From a virus, in the IMG/VR virus record IMGVR_UViG_3300020118_000164, positions 1-64,000 of that record: a stretch of DNA of 64,000 bases. One strand, 5' to 3'. The notes beneath the pieces were generated by a model, which had not been told where the DNA came from, did no database searches, and saw only the letters and a program-made list of their open reading frames with translations. Numbering within the stretch: position 1 is the first letter of the stretch; each line of letters starts with the position of its first letter. Both the position numbers and the translations under genes were made by a program. Shown piece by piece: positions 47,040 through 54,787 of this stretch.

Positions 47040-48380
47040 ATGCGCACGAACACCTCCGCCGTCCAAGTCGCTGTCACTCATGAGGGAGCCAAGGCCGGGC
47101 ATCAGAAGCCGGTCGAGGCGCTTCTGCGTGCGGTCTCTACCTGCATGCTCTGGGAATCGACCTTCTACGAGTCCGGTTCCGAGATCGCCAAGAACATCGA
47201 ATCCCTCTGCGGCCAGGTGAGCGCGGAAGACTTGGCGGCTGTGGCCGTCGAGGCTCGCCAGCGGCTGAACCTCCGGCACGTCCCGCTGTTCCTGGTGCGC
47301 CAGCTCGCGAAGCTCCACCGCGGGCCGATCGTCGGTGACACCCTCGCGGCAGTCCTGCGCCGGCCGGACGAAGCGACGGAGTTCCTCGCGCTCTGGTGGA
47401 GGGATGGGCGCGGAGAGACCGTCAAGCTCTCCGCCCAGGTCAAGCGCGGCCTCCGTCTCGCCTTCTCGGGATGGGATGAGTACCGGCTCGCCAAGTACGC
47501 CGGGGCCGGCGACAAGATAAAACTCCGCGACGCTCTTTTTCTGAGCCATGCCAAGCCGAAGGATGACGAGCAGGCCGCGCTGTGGAAGCGGCTCATCTCT
47601 GGTGAGCTGACGCCGCCCGATACCTGGGAGGTCGCACTCTCTGCCGGCGCCGACAAGAAAGAAACATGGGAACGCCTTCTTCGGGAGCGCAAGCTCGGCT
47701 ATCAGGCGCTCCTGATGAACCTGCGGAACATGACCGATGCGGGAGCTGATCCGGCGCTCGTGCGGGAGGCGTTGCTCGACGGTCGCGGGAGTGAGCGGAT
47801 GTTCCCGTACCGCTTCTTGGCCGCGTCGCGGGTTGCCCCGCAGTACGCTGACGCCCTGAGTGAAGCCATGCTCAGTTCGCTCAGCGGTCATGAGAAGCTG
47901 CCGGGCGCCACCGTCCTGGTCGTGGACGTATCGGGATCGATGGAAAGCCCCCTCTCCGCCAAGAGCGCGATGCATCGCCTCGACGCGGCCGGCTGCCTTG
48001 CCGTGATCCTGCGCGAGGTCAGCGAGTCGCTGCGCGTGTTCTCGTTCAGCAACGCAGTCGTCGAGGTCGCCAACCATCGCGGATTGGCGCTGAGTCACGC
48101 GGTCACGGAGAGCCAGCGTCACGGCGGCACCGAGTTGCGCGCCGCGCTTGAGGCCGTGCGCAAGGCGATCCCGAACGCGCATCGCGTCATCGTCATCACC
48201 GACGAGCAGTCGCAGGATGGCATCGCCCCGGCCTGGGCGCCGCACTCTTACCTAATCAACGTCGCGCCGTACAAGCCCGGACTCGAGACCTCCCAGGGCT
48301 GGACGCGCATCAACGGATGGTCAGACCGGGTCGTGGACTGGATTCTGATGGAGGAGGCGACCGCGCCCGATGGGCAGTGA
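47040..48380 (+). CDS. rsr: Ro60/Rsr-like TROVE-domain RNA-binding protein with vWA domain
   Basis: THEGA, LWESTFYESG, EAR..NLRHVPL, YRLAKY, LSHAKP, TWEVALS, ALLMNLRN, PYRF, VDVSGSM (MIDAS), GGT, VITDEQ. Confidence 0.93.
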   Translation: MRTNTSAVQVAVTHEGAKAGHQKPVEALLRAVSTCMLWESTFYESGSEIAKNIESLCGQVSAEDLAAVAVEARQRLNLRHVPLFLVRQLAKLHRGPIVGDTLAAVLRRPDEATEFLALWWRDGRGETVKLSAQVKRGLRLAFSGWDEYRLAKYAGAGDKIKLRDALFLSHAKPKDDEQAALWKRLISGELTPPDTWEVALSAGADKKETWERLLRERKLGYQALLMNLRNMTDAGADPALVREALLDGRGSERMFPYRFLAASRVAPQYADALSEAMLSSLSGHEKLPGATVLVVDVSGSMESPLSAKSAMHRLDAAGCLAVILREVSESLRVFSFSNAVVEVANHRGLALSHAVTESQRHGGTELRAALEAVRKAIPNAHRVIVITDEQSQDGIAPAWAPHSYLINVAPYKPGLETSQGWTRINGWSDRVVDWILMEEATAPDGQ

Positions 48381-50214
48381 GTCAACCTCCGCCGCACCCG
48401 CTGACCGCCTAACCCTTGACCAGCTAGTCGCGGCCATCCGCCGTCTACCTCCCGGCCTGGAACAGGCGCGGGCGGTCGCGGCGTTCGCCAAGAGGTATGA
48501 GGGGCGGACAAGCGCCGGCCGAGATCCGGCGCAGCGCCGGAAGTATGCGGGCGATCCGTGGGCCTACATCGCGGACGTGTTCGGCTATCCAGCGACGCCT
48601 CAGCAGGAAGAGGCGCTCGCGCTCATGGAGGCGCATGACCGCGTCCTTTTGCCCTCCGCCAATGACCTCGGGAAGACCTGGCTTTTGGGAGAATACGCAG
48701 TTTACTACATGGACGCTGTTGGTGCGCAGCTCGATGAAGATACGGGCGGCGAGCAGGGCGCCCGCGTGCTCCTCCCCGGCCCGGATCACCCGACCATCCG
48801 TGCCACGATCTACAACAAAATGCTCCTGATGGCCGAGCGGGCAGAGGCCCGCGGCTTCAAGATGCCAGGCAGGCGGTCTCTCGATTCCGTGCTCTGGCGC
48901 GTGCGTCCGGAGTGGGAGGTCGAGGCGTTCTCCCCGCCGCGGCAAGTTGGCCAGGAGGTCGCCCATACCGCGAGCGGCCGGCACCACAGGAACCAAATCG
49001 CGCTCATCGAGGAGGGGCAGGGCGTATCGGAGCGCGTCTGGAGAGCGGCCGAGGGCATGTGCGCCTCCCGCGGAAACAAGATCATCAGCTCGTTCAACCC
49101 CACAGAGGCGAGCGGCCCGACCTACCAGCGTTCCCGCCGGAACTATATCGTCATGCACTGGGATGCCTTCGAGCACCCGAATGTCGTGCAACGGAAGATC
49201 GTCATAGAGGGCGCCGTGGACTATCTGGTGACGGATGACCGGGTGAGGGAGTGCCGTGACCGCGGTCCTTATCCTGGCACACAGCCGGACGCGACCTACG
49301 GTGACTTCATTTACGCTGCCCCGACGGTTGAGGAGACGCGTGCCGGCCTCGTAGAGCGAGGCCCGCGAGAGGATGGCATCCTGGGCCATCCCGACGCGAC
49401 GCCGCACGTCTGGAGGCCCACGGGGGCTTTCGAGGCCCAAGTCCGCGGGCGCTGGCCTAAGTCGTCGGACACCGGCCTGTTCAACCCTGGCGCATGGGAT
49501 GCGGGTGTCGAGCGCTGGCTCTCTGGACAAGATCCGGTCATCCTCCCGGACCGTATCGGCGTGGACGCGGCCAGAGAGGGTGGCGACGACTGCTGCTACT
49601 GTCCGGCATGGGGAGAGACCTCGGCCGCGCTCCTCCGCGCCCATCACCAGGCGCAGAAGGATGGTGACTCTCGGCTCCTGGAGGAACTCCGCATCTCGCG
49701 CCGAGTTCGCGTCGGGGAGATCCGCGTCGCTCCCAAGGGCGATGGGCCGCTCGTGGCAGAGGCCATCTTCAAGGTCTACCCATCCTCGCCCTGGGTAGTC
49801 GATGAGGGGAGCGTAGGCACCTCCGTCCTCGACCACGCCGCGAAGGTCTTAGGCGCGTCGGCCTCCGGCATCAGCTTCTCCGGCAAGCGTCCAGACCGCA
49901 TCCCCGGCGAGCGGCTGGTCTACAACATGCGCGCCTCGCTCTACGTCCGCGCCGCGCTGCTCTTGGATCTCGGCCTCGCCGATCCCCCGGATGATCCTCT
50001 CCTACGGGAAGAGGTGCTTGCCCACGAGATCGTCAAGTGGGAGGCCGTAACGGTCAAGGAGTCTCCCGGCGGCAAGAAAGAGACCAAGTATGCCGCCCGC
50101 GTCCTGGAAAAAGCCGAGGTCAAGAAGAAGATCGGCCGCTCCCCAGACCGGGCGGACGCGTTCGTGCTGGCGCTCGCTCCGGCGAAGGCTAAGGGTCGCG
50201 GGTTGATCTGGTGA
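48370..50214 (+). CDS. terL: terminase large subunit
   Basis: SANDLGKT Walker A, LIEEGQG Walker B, FNP, IGVDAAREGGD nuclease motif, RSPDRADA. Confidence 0.88.
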   Translation: MGSESTSAAPADRLTLDQLVAAIRRLPPGLEQARAVAAFAKRYEGRTSAGRDPAQRRKYAGDPWAYIADVFGYPATPQQEEALALMEAHDRVLLPSANDLGKTWLLGEYAVYYMDAVGAQLDEDTGGEQGARVLLPGPDHPTIRATIYNKMLLMAERAEARGFKMPGRRSLDSVLWRVRPEWEVEAFSPPRQVGQEVAHTASGRHHRNQIALIEEGQGVSERVWRAAEGMCASRGNKIISSFNPTEASGPTYQRSRRNYIVMHWDAFEHPNVVQRKIVIEGAVDYLVTDDRVRECRDRGPYPGTQPDATYGDFIYAAPTVEETRAGLVERGPREDGILGHPDATPHVWRPTGAFEAQVRGRWPKSSDTGLFNPGAWDAGVERWLSGQDPVILPDRIGVDAAREGGDDCCYCPAWGETSAALLRAHHQAQKDGDSRLLEELRISRRVRVGEIRVAPKGDGPLVAEAIFKVYPSSPWVVDEGSVGTSVLDHAAKVLGASASGISFSGKRPDRIPGERLVYNMRASLYVRAALLLDLGLADPPDDPLLREEVLAHEIVKWEAVTVKESPGGKKETKYAARVLEKAEVKKKIGRSPDRADAFVLALAPAKAKGRGLIW

Positions 50215-50218
50215 GGCG

Positions 50219-50249
50219 TTGACCAGGTACCGCGCACCATGCTATGGTT
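50219..50249 (+). promoter_or_regulatory. promoter with operator A
   Basis: TTGACC-N18-TATGGT-N7-ATG(50256); operator 50235-50249. Confidence 0.8.
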
Positions 50250-50255
50250 CAGGGT

Positions 50256-50720
50256 ATGTTCTCAAGCGAAGTGATTTTCATCCTGACCGTGGCCTGCGTG
50301 AGCTTCGGCCTCGGCATGTGGCCAGGTCGTCACCGGCGCCCTCCGGCCACGGCAGTTGCGGCTAGGCGTTGCGCCCCGAATGACTCCTCGGATGACGCGC
50401 ATCCCCTGCTCACGCCATTCCTGCGCCCAGATGGCGATGATCCCGCCGAAGGGACGATCCCAAAGTGCGCTCTTTGTGGAGAAACCGCGCCGCATCCCCA
50501 TAGCATCGAGGAAATCGGCGCCTGGAGGGGCGATCACGGCCTCGTGACGCGGGACACCGCCGAATCAAGGCTTGAACGGGCCCGCATGGAAGTATCGCTG
50601 GCCGAATCCCTCGCGGCGACTGAGATTGAGCGTGCCCGAGCCAAGTTGAGGGATGCAGAGATCAGTCTGGGATACATGGCCGAGAACGGCCCGACTAGGG
50701 CGGCGTCATGTCCGGACTAA
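50256..50720 (+). CDS. membrane-anchored hypothetical protein (moron-like)
   Basis: N-terminal TM; own promoter between terL and portal. Confidence 0.55.
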   Translation: MFSSEVIFILTVACVSFGLGMWPGRHRRPPATAVAARRCAPNDSSDDAHPLLTPFLRPDGDDPAEGTIPKCALCGETAPHPHSIEEIGAWRGDHGLVTRDTAESRLERARMEVSLAESLAATEIERARAKLRDAEISLGYMAENGPTRAASCPD

Positions 50721-51029
50721 TCCTCTTGTTCGCCTGCCTCGCAATGGACCGGCATCGGACCGTGAGCTTCGGCGGCATCCAGTTGACTGATGTCGCGACT
50801 GATGACGCGACACTCCTGGCGCGCTTACTCAAGTCGATGCACGTTGGCCTTCCTCATAGACACTCGATCTACATAATCCGCGGAGAGGGCGCGCGCATCG
50901 CCCCTCCACCAGTCCCTCTGAGCGACCTCTCTCGGTGGCTATCTGATCGCCGCCGTCTTCACTCTGTCGCCCGGCGCCATACTGGCTTATGGGCTCACCG
51001 CTGACCCGGAACACGTCTTCGTGTTGAGC

Positions 51030-51251
51030 ATGTTGATTTCCTTGGCGCCTGAAGAGATCGGCCTGACCGCCGGATTCGACCTCCGCAAGCTGCGCGAGAA
51101 GAGCCCGGACGGCATGAGCCTGAAAGACGCAGCCGTAGCGGTCGGCGTCTCGCTCTCCTACCTCTCTGACGTAGAGCGCGGCTACCGACCCGTCTCGCCG
51201 AGGGTCGAACGGGCCTACTACCGCCTCTTCTCCGGCAGGCCCACCGAGTGA
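51030..51251 (+). CDS. XRE-family HTH protein
   Basis: LRKLRE..GMSLKDAA...GVSLSYLSDVERG. Confidence 0.85.
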   Translation: MLISLAPEEIGLTAGFDLRKLREKSPDGMSLKDAAVAVGVSLSYLSDVERGYRPVSPRVERAYYRLFSGRPTE

Positions 51252-51478
51252 CGGCAGAGTCCCGAACCGTCGCCGTGCTACTCTGTAGCGGATGGATCTT
51301 GCTCACCTGGGGGGTGGCCGAGCTGACATCTCGCTGGGCGTGGCCCATCGGGCTCGGGCTCGGGCTGCTCATTGCGGGCTGTGCCTTCGGGTGGGCGATG
51401 ATCCGGGAGGCTCGCCATGAAGCAGCGGCTCTTCGCGGTCCCCAACCTCCTGCGGGCGGCATCCCTCCCGAGTACTGA
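51248..51478 (+). CDS. small membrane protein preceding portal
   Basis: Two hydrophobic helices. Confidence 0.55.
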   Translation: MTAESRTVAVLLCSGWILLTWGVAELTSRWAWPIGLGLGLLIAGCAFGWAMIREARHEAAALRGPQPPAGGIPPEY

Positions 51479-52790
51479 CAAGACGACGGCGATGACGTTT
51501 CTCCCATGGGGCGCCGGCCGCTGGCCGCTCCAACGGGACTACGACCCCACCGAGTCCTACATCCAAGGCTGGGATGCCTGCTGTTGGGTGTTCGCCTGCG
51601 TCTCCCGGATCGCGCAGTGCGTCAGCTCCCTGCAATGGATCGTCAAAGAGAGGCGCAAGGGCTCGGACAAGTGGGAGCCGATTCCCGGCGGTCATGACTA
51701 TGAGACGCTCCTAGAGTACCCGAACGCCCGACTCTCTCGGAAAACTATGGTCACGCTCGCCGTGCAGCACCTTCTACTGCCCGGCGAGTTCTACTGGAAA
51801 AAGGTGCTCATCGGGAACCGGGTAGACGAGCTGTGGCCGATGAACCCGCTCGTCATCGACCCGGTCGCATCGCCGGATGAGTGGATCAAGGAATACCGGG
51901 TGCGGCGCGGTACGGTGACGGTCGGCCGCACGGTCCCCGCGGAGGAGATGGTGCACGGGCTCTATGTCAACCCGCGCCTCCCCTTCCGAGGCCACAGCCC
52001 ATTCCGCGCCCTCCGCGAGACCGTAGCCATGGACAATGACCAGGTCACATGGAACCGCAACCTGCCACGGAACGGCAACGTGCCGCGGGGCGCCTTCGTA
52101 GACCCGACCATCACCGATGAGAACGCCCAGGAAGCGAAGGACCGGATCATGGCGCAGTCCGGCCCCGAGCACGCCGGCAAGCCCATGGTGATCGGGGGAC
52201 AGGCAAAGTGGGAGCGGATGGCTCTCTCACCGGTCGAGGTGGACTGGCTGAACACCACGAACATGACGGTGAAGAGAGTCTGCGCCGTCTATAACGTCCC
52301 GCCGGCCGTCATCATCCCGGAGACCGCAACCCGCGGCATGAACAACTCCAACTTGGCCGAGTCCATCCGCTACCTCTGGGAGCACAGCGCCCTGCCCGTG
52401 GCGGATCTGGTCGAGGAGGCGCTCAATCAGTCGCTCTTCGGCTCCCGAGACGACCGCAAGAAGTTCTGGATTCACTACGACACGAGCGGTGTGAAGGCGA
52501 TGCAACAGACCTTCAAGGAGCAATTGACCGCAGTGACCGAGGGGGTCAAGAACGGTATCCGGCTGAACGACATGCTCTCCCTCATGGACATCCCGATTGA
52601 TCCCCAGCCGGGCGGAGATCAGCCGGTGCGGGCGAACACGCTCATCGCGATCCGGCTAGCCGGTGATGCGGGAGCACGACCGCCCAAGAAGCCGCCAGTG
52701 GGCGCGGCAGAGACCTCTCCGGGAGACGCTGCGCCGCCGCCCAGCGCGCCGCCGGCCCCGGATGCCGCCGTCGCGGCTGCGGGTGGCTAG
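51417..52790 (+). CDS. phage portal protein (HK97 family)
   Basis: WVFACVSRIA, LLEYPN, GEFYW, ELWPMNP, GHSP, NGNVP, AGKPMV, VCAVYNVPP; GGAGG RBS. Confidence 0.9.
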   Translation: MKQRLFAVPNLLRAASLPSTDKTTAMTFLPWGAGRWPLQRDYDPTESYIQGWDACCWVFACVSRIAQCVSSLQWIVKERRKGSDKWEPIPGGHDYETLLEYPNARLSRKTMVTLAVQHLLLPGEFYWKKVLIGNRVDELWPMNPLVIDPVASPDEWIKEYRVRRGTVTVGRTVPAEEMVHGLYVNPRLPFRGHSPFRALRETVAMDNDQVTWNRNLPRNGNVPRGAFVDPTITDENAQEAKDRIMAQSGPEHAGKPMVIGGQAKWERMALSPVEVDWLNTTNMTVKRVCAVYNVPPAVIIPETATRGMNNSNLAESIRYLWEHSALPVADLVEEALNQSLFGSRDDRKKFWIHYDTSGVKAMQQTFKEQLTAVTEGVKNGIRLNDMLSLMDIPIDPQPGGDQPVRANTLIAIRLAGDAGARPPKKPPVGAAETSPGDAAPPPSAPPAPDAAVAAAGG

Positions 52791-52990
52791 GCGAGCTTCA
52801 GGTATACGGTGAGGAGTTGGCTCGTGCTGCCAGTTGAGGGACTGACGCGAATATAGGCATCGATCTGCGCGACGACGAAGCGATCAGCCACGCCCTGGAT
52901 CGAGACCTGCGCGCCAAGAGGAGGCGGCTCAACATCAGAGACCGTGAACCACTCCCTTTCACCCGGCAGCTTGTAGGAGACGGTGCTCAC
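52787..52990 (-). CDS. hypothetical protein (reverse cassette)
   Basis: Coupled minus-strand ORF. Confidence 0.5.
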   Translation of the reverse strand: MSTVSYKLPGEREWFTVSDVEPPPLGAQVSIQGVADRFVVAQIDAYIRVSPSTGSTSQLLTVYLKLA

Positions 52991-53298
52991 CGCTCAGCCT
53001 GACCCATCGTCAGAATGCCGGCAGGCTTGGGGGCCCCTGGTCGGCCGTTGAGCACCCATTCTTCGGCGAGGTCGAAGTGATCGGCGATAGCGTCGAAGGC
53101 TTCAGCCTCCGGGAGGTCACACTCCGCCACGAGACGCTTCGCGAGGGAGTTAAGCATCTTGCCTTCGAGGTCGCGCGCGGCGTCATTCACGCCCGGCGGT
53201 CCTCGCTGCGCCGTGGTCAGTCCATCCAGAAGGAAAGGCGCGACGCGCGATCCGCGTGCACAGTAGGTTCTGCACGAGGTGAACCGCCGAGCAGACAT
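52987..53298 (-). CDS. hypothetical protein (reverse cassette); start may be GTG near 53186
   Basis: Coupled minus-strand ORF. Confidence 0.45.
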   Translation of the reverse strand: MSARRFTSCRTYCARGSRVAPFLLDGLTTAQRGPPGVNDAARDLEGKMLNSLAKRLVAECDLPEAEAFDAIADHFDLAEEWVLNGRPGAPKPAGILTMGQAER

Positions 53299-53500
53299 CC
53301 CCGATATCGTCGGGGTGCTGCACAGGGAGGGCGAGCCATGCCGCCCAAAGAGCGGCGGCGAGTTTCGAGATTCGGTCCTCCTCCGGCGTCAGACCTGTTT
53401 CTGGGTTGATGAACACCTTCCCTCGCTGCTCCCACGCGTGCAGATCATCAGGCCGCAGGGGCGTCAGCGGGTGGCCGCATACTCCGCAAGTGGCCGTCAC
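53183..53500 (-). CDS. hypothetical protein (reverse cassette)
   Basis: GLT..E..AW..LPVQHPDD....H..Q pattern. Confidence 0.6.
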   Translation of the reverse strand: MTATCGVCGHPLTPLRPDDLHAWEQRGKVFINPETGLTPEEDRISKLAAALWAAWLALPVQHPDDIGDVCSAVHLVQNLLCTRIARRAFPSGWTDHGAARTAGRE

Positions 53501-53691
53501 CTCCGCGCCTTCACTTCCGCCACCGTATCCCGCTTCACCCGCTCCACCTCAGACGGCTCCACCATCCTCCGTCCGGTAGGCCCCGCCGGCCGGAACGTCG
53601 CCAGCCTCCCATCCTTCGCCATCATCCGCGCAGTTTCATAGCCGAGCCCCAGCTCGGCGGCTGCTTCCTTGAGCGTTAGCGGCCTAGCCAT
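53497..53691 (-). CDS. excisionase/BldC-like HTH_17 protein
   Basis: LTLKEAAAELGLGYETARMMAKDGRLATFR..G.R; GGAGG RBS. Confidence 0.8.
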   Translation of the reverse strand: MARPLTLKEAAAELGLGYETARMMAKDGRLATFRPAGPTGRRMVEPSEVERVKRDTVAEVKARR

Positions 53692-53890
53692 CGATTCGCA
53701 GATCCTCCGCAGGGAGACCAAGTAAGGCAAGCGTCACCCAAGAATAGCCAAATCCACCAAAGAGTTCAAGCGTGGCGGATTCTGGAGCTTTCCCCGGTGG
53801 CACACTTGCCCCGTGGAACTCGGCCTCCAGTCGATCCCCTTTAGCTGTCTCCCGCTCGCGGTGCAAACCAAGCGCCGCGAGTTGGGGGGC

Positions 53891-54772
53891 ATGGGCGTCG
53901 AGTTCAAGGCGCTACCGTGTGAGATGAAGGTGGACAAGGCGAAGCGTCGCTATGAGGGGCAGTTCGCCAGCTACGGCAACGTGGACAAGGGCAACGACCT
54001 CATAGAGCCATTCGCCGGCGGCTCCTACCTCAAGAGCCGATGGGACAACTACCTGATCAAGACCTTCTGGGATCACGAGGTGCCGTGTGGCCCTCGCCCT
54101 GACGTGCTAGAGGAGACCAAGGACGGCCTCTTCGCCGCTGGGACGATCACCGATCACCCGAGCTTCGATCTCCTCCTCGCCCAGCTAGAGGACGGCACGA
54201 TCCGCCACGGCTCCATCGGTTGGATCAACCGCGGGTCCGAGATCAAGTCCATCGACGGCAAGTCAGTGCGCGTGGTCAAGGCGTACGAGCCGGTCGAGGT
54301 CTCGCCCTGCTACTACCCGATGAACGAGAAGACGTCCGTCACCCTCACCAAGGCCATGAGCGCTTTGGGCGAGGCAGCGGAGAGCAAGTCCCTCTACGGG
54401 CTGGCGGAGGCCATCTACGCCCTCGCGGGCGCCCGTTCCGCGGTGGATTACGTAGACCAGCTCCTCAATCCGCAGCCCGCGCTCTCGCCCCAGGAGGCAG
54501 AGATCATCCGCCGAATCTATGAAGAGACGGCCGCGATGTCTGACACTGCGGCGACGCTCTTCCGCGCTAAGTGCGAGACGACCCCCGACAAGCCGCCCAC
54601 GGCCGAGGAATGGGGCCGCGTCATCGCGCAGGTCTTCGCGGGCCACAAGTCGGCCTTCGACCTTACCGGCCTAGAGACCAAGGCCGGCGCGCGCCACTCC
54701 GCCGCGGACATGAAGATGATTCAGGCCATGCACGATAACGCCGTCGCTCTTGGAGCGTCCTGCCCCACCTAA
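53891..54772 (+). CDS. HK97-family prohead protease
   Basis: EG.FASYGNVDKGNDLI, FWDH, E...GL, SIGW, EVSP..PMN; start could be GTG 53813. Confidence 0.88.
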   Translation: MGVEFKALPCEMKVDKAKRRYEGQFASYGNVDKGNDLIEPFAGGSYLKSRWDNYLIKTFWDHEVPCGPRPDVLEETKDGLFAAGTITDHPSFDLLLAQLEDGTIRHGSIGWINRGSEIKSIDGKSVRVVKAYEPVEVSPCYYPMNEKTSVTLTKAMSALGEAAESKSLYGLAEAIYALAGARSAVDYVDQLLNPQPALSPQEAEIIRRIYEETAAMSDTAATLFRAKCETTPDKPPTAEEWGRVIAQVFAGHKSAFDLTGLETKAGARHSAADMKMIQAMHDNAVALGASCPT

Positions 54773-54787
54773 CCCGAGGGAAATGCC

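Noticed and set aside
4746-50249. Recurrent 15-bp motif as a CRISPR repeat, att site or MITE end
   Set aside because: Copies are kilobases apart, have no spacers or target duplications, and always sit within -35/-10 geometry
53497-53691. Excisionase implying a nearby integration module
   Set aside because: No integrase or att-like site recognised in the window; more likely a regulator
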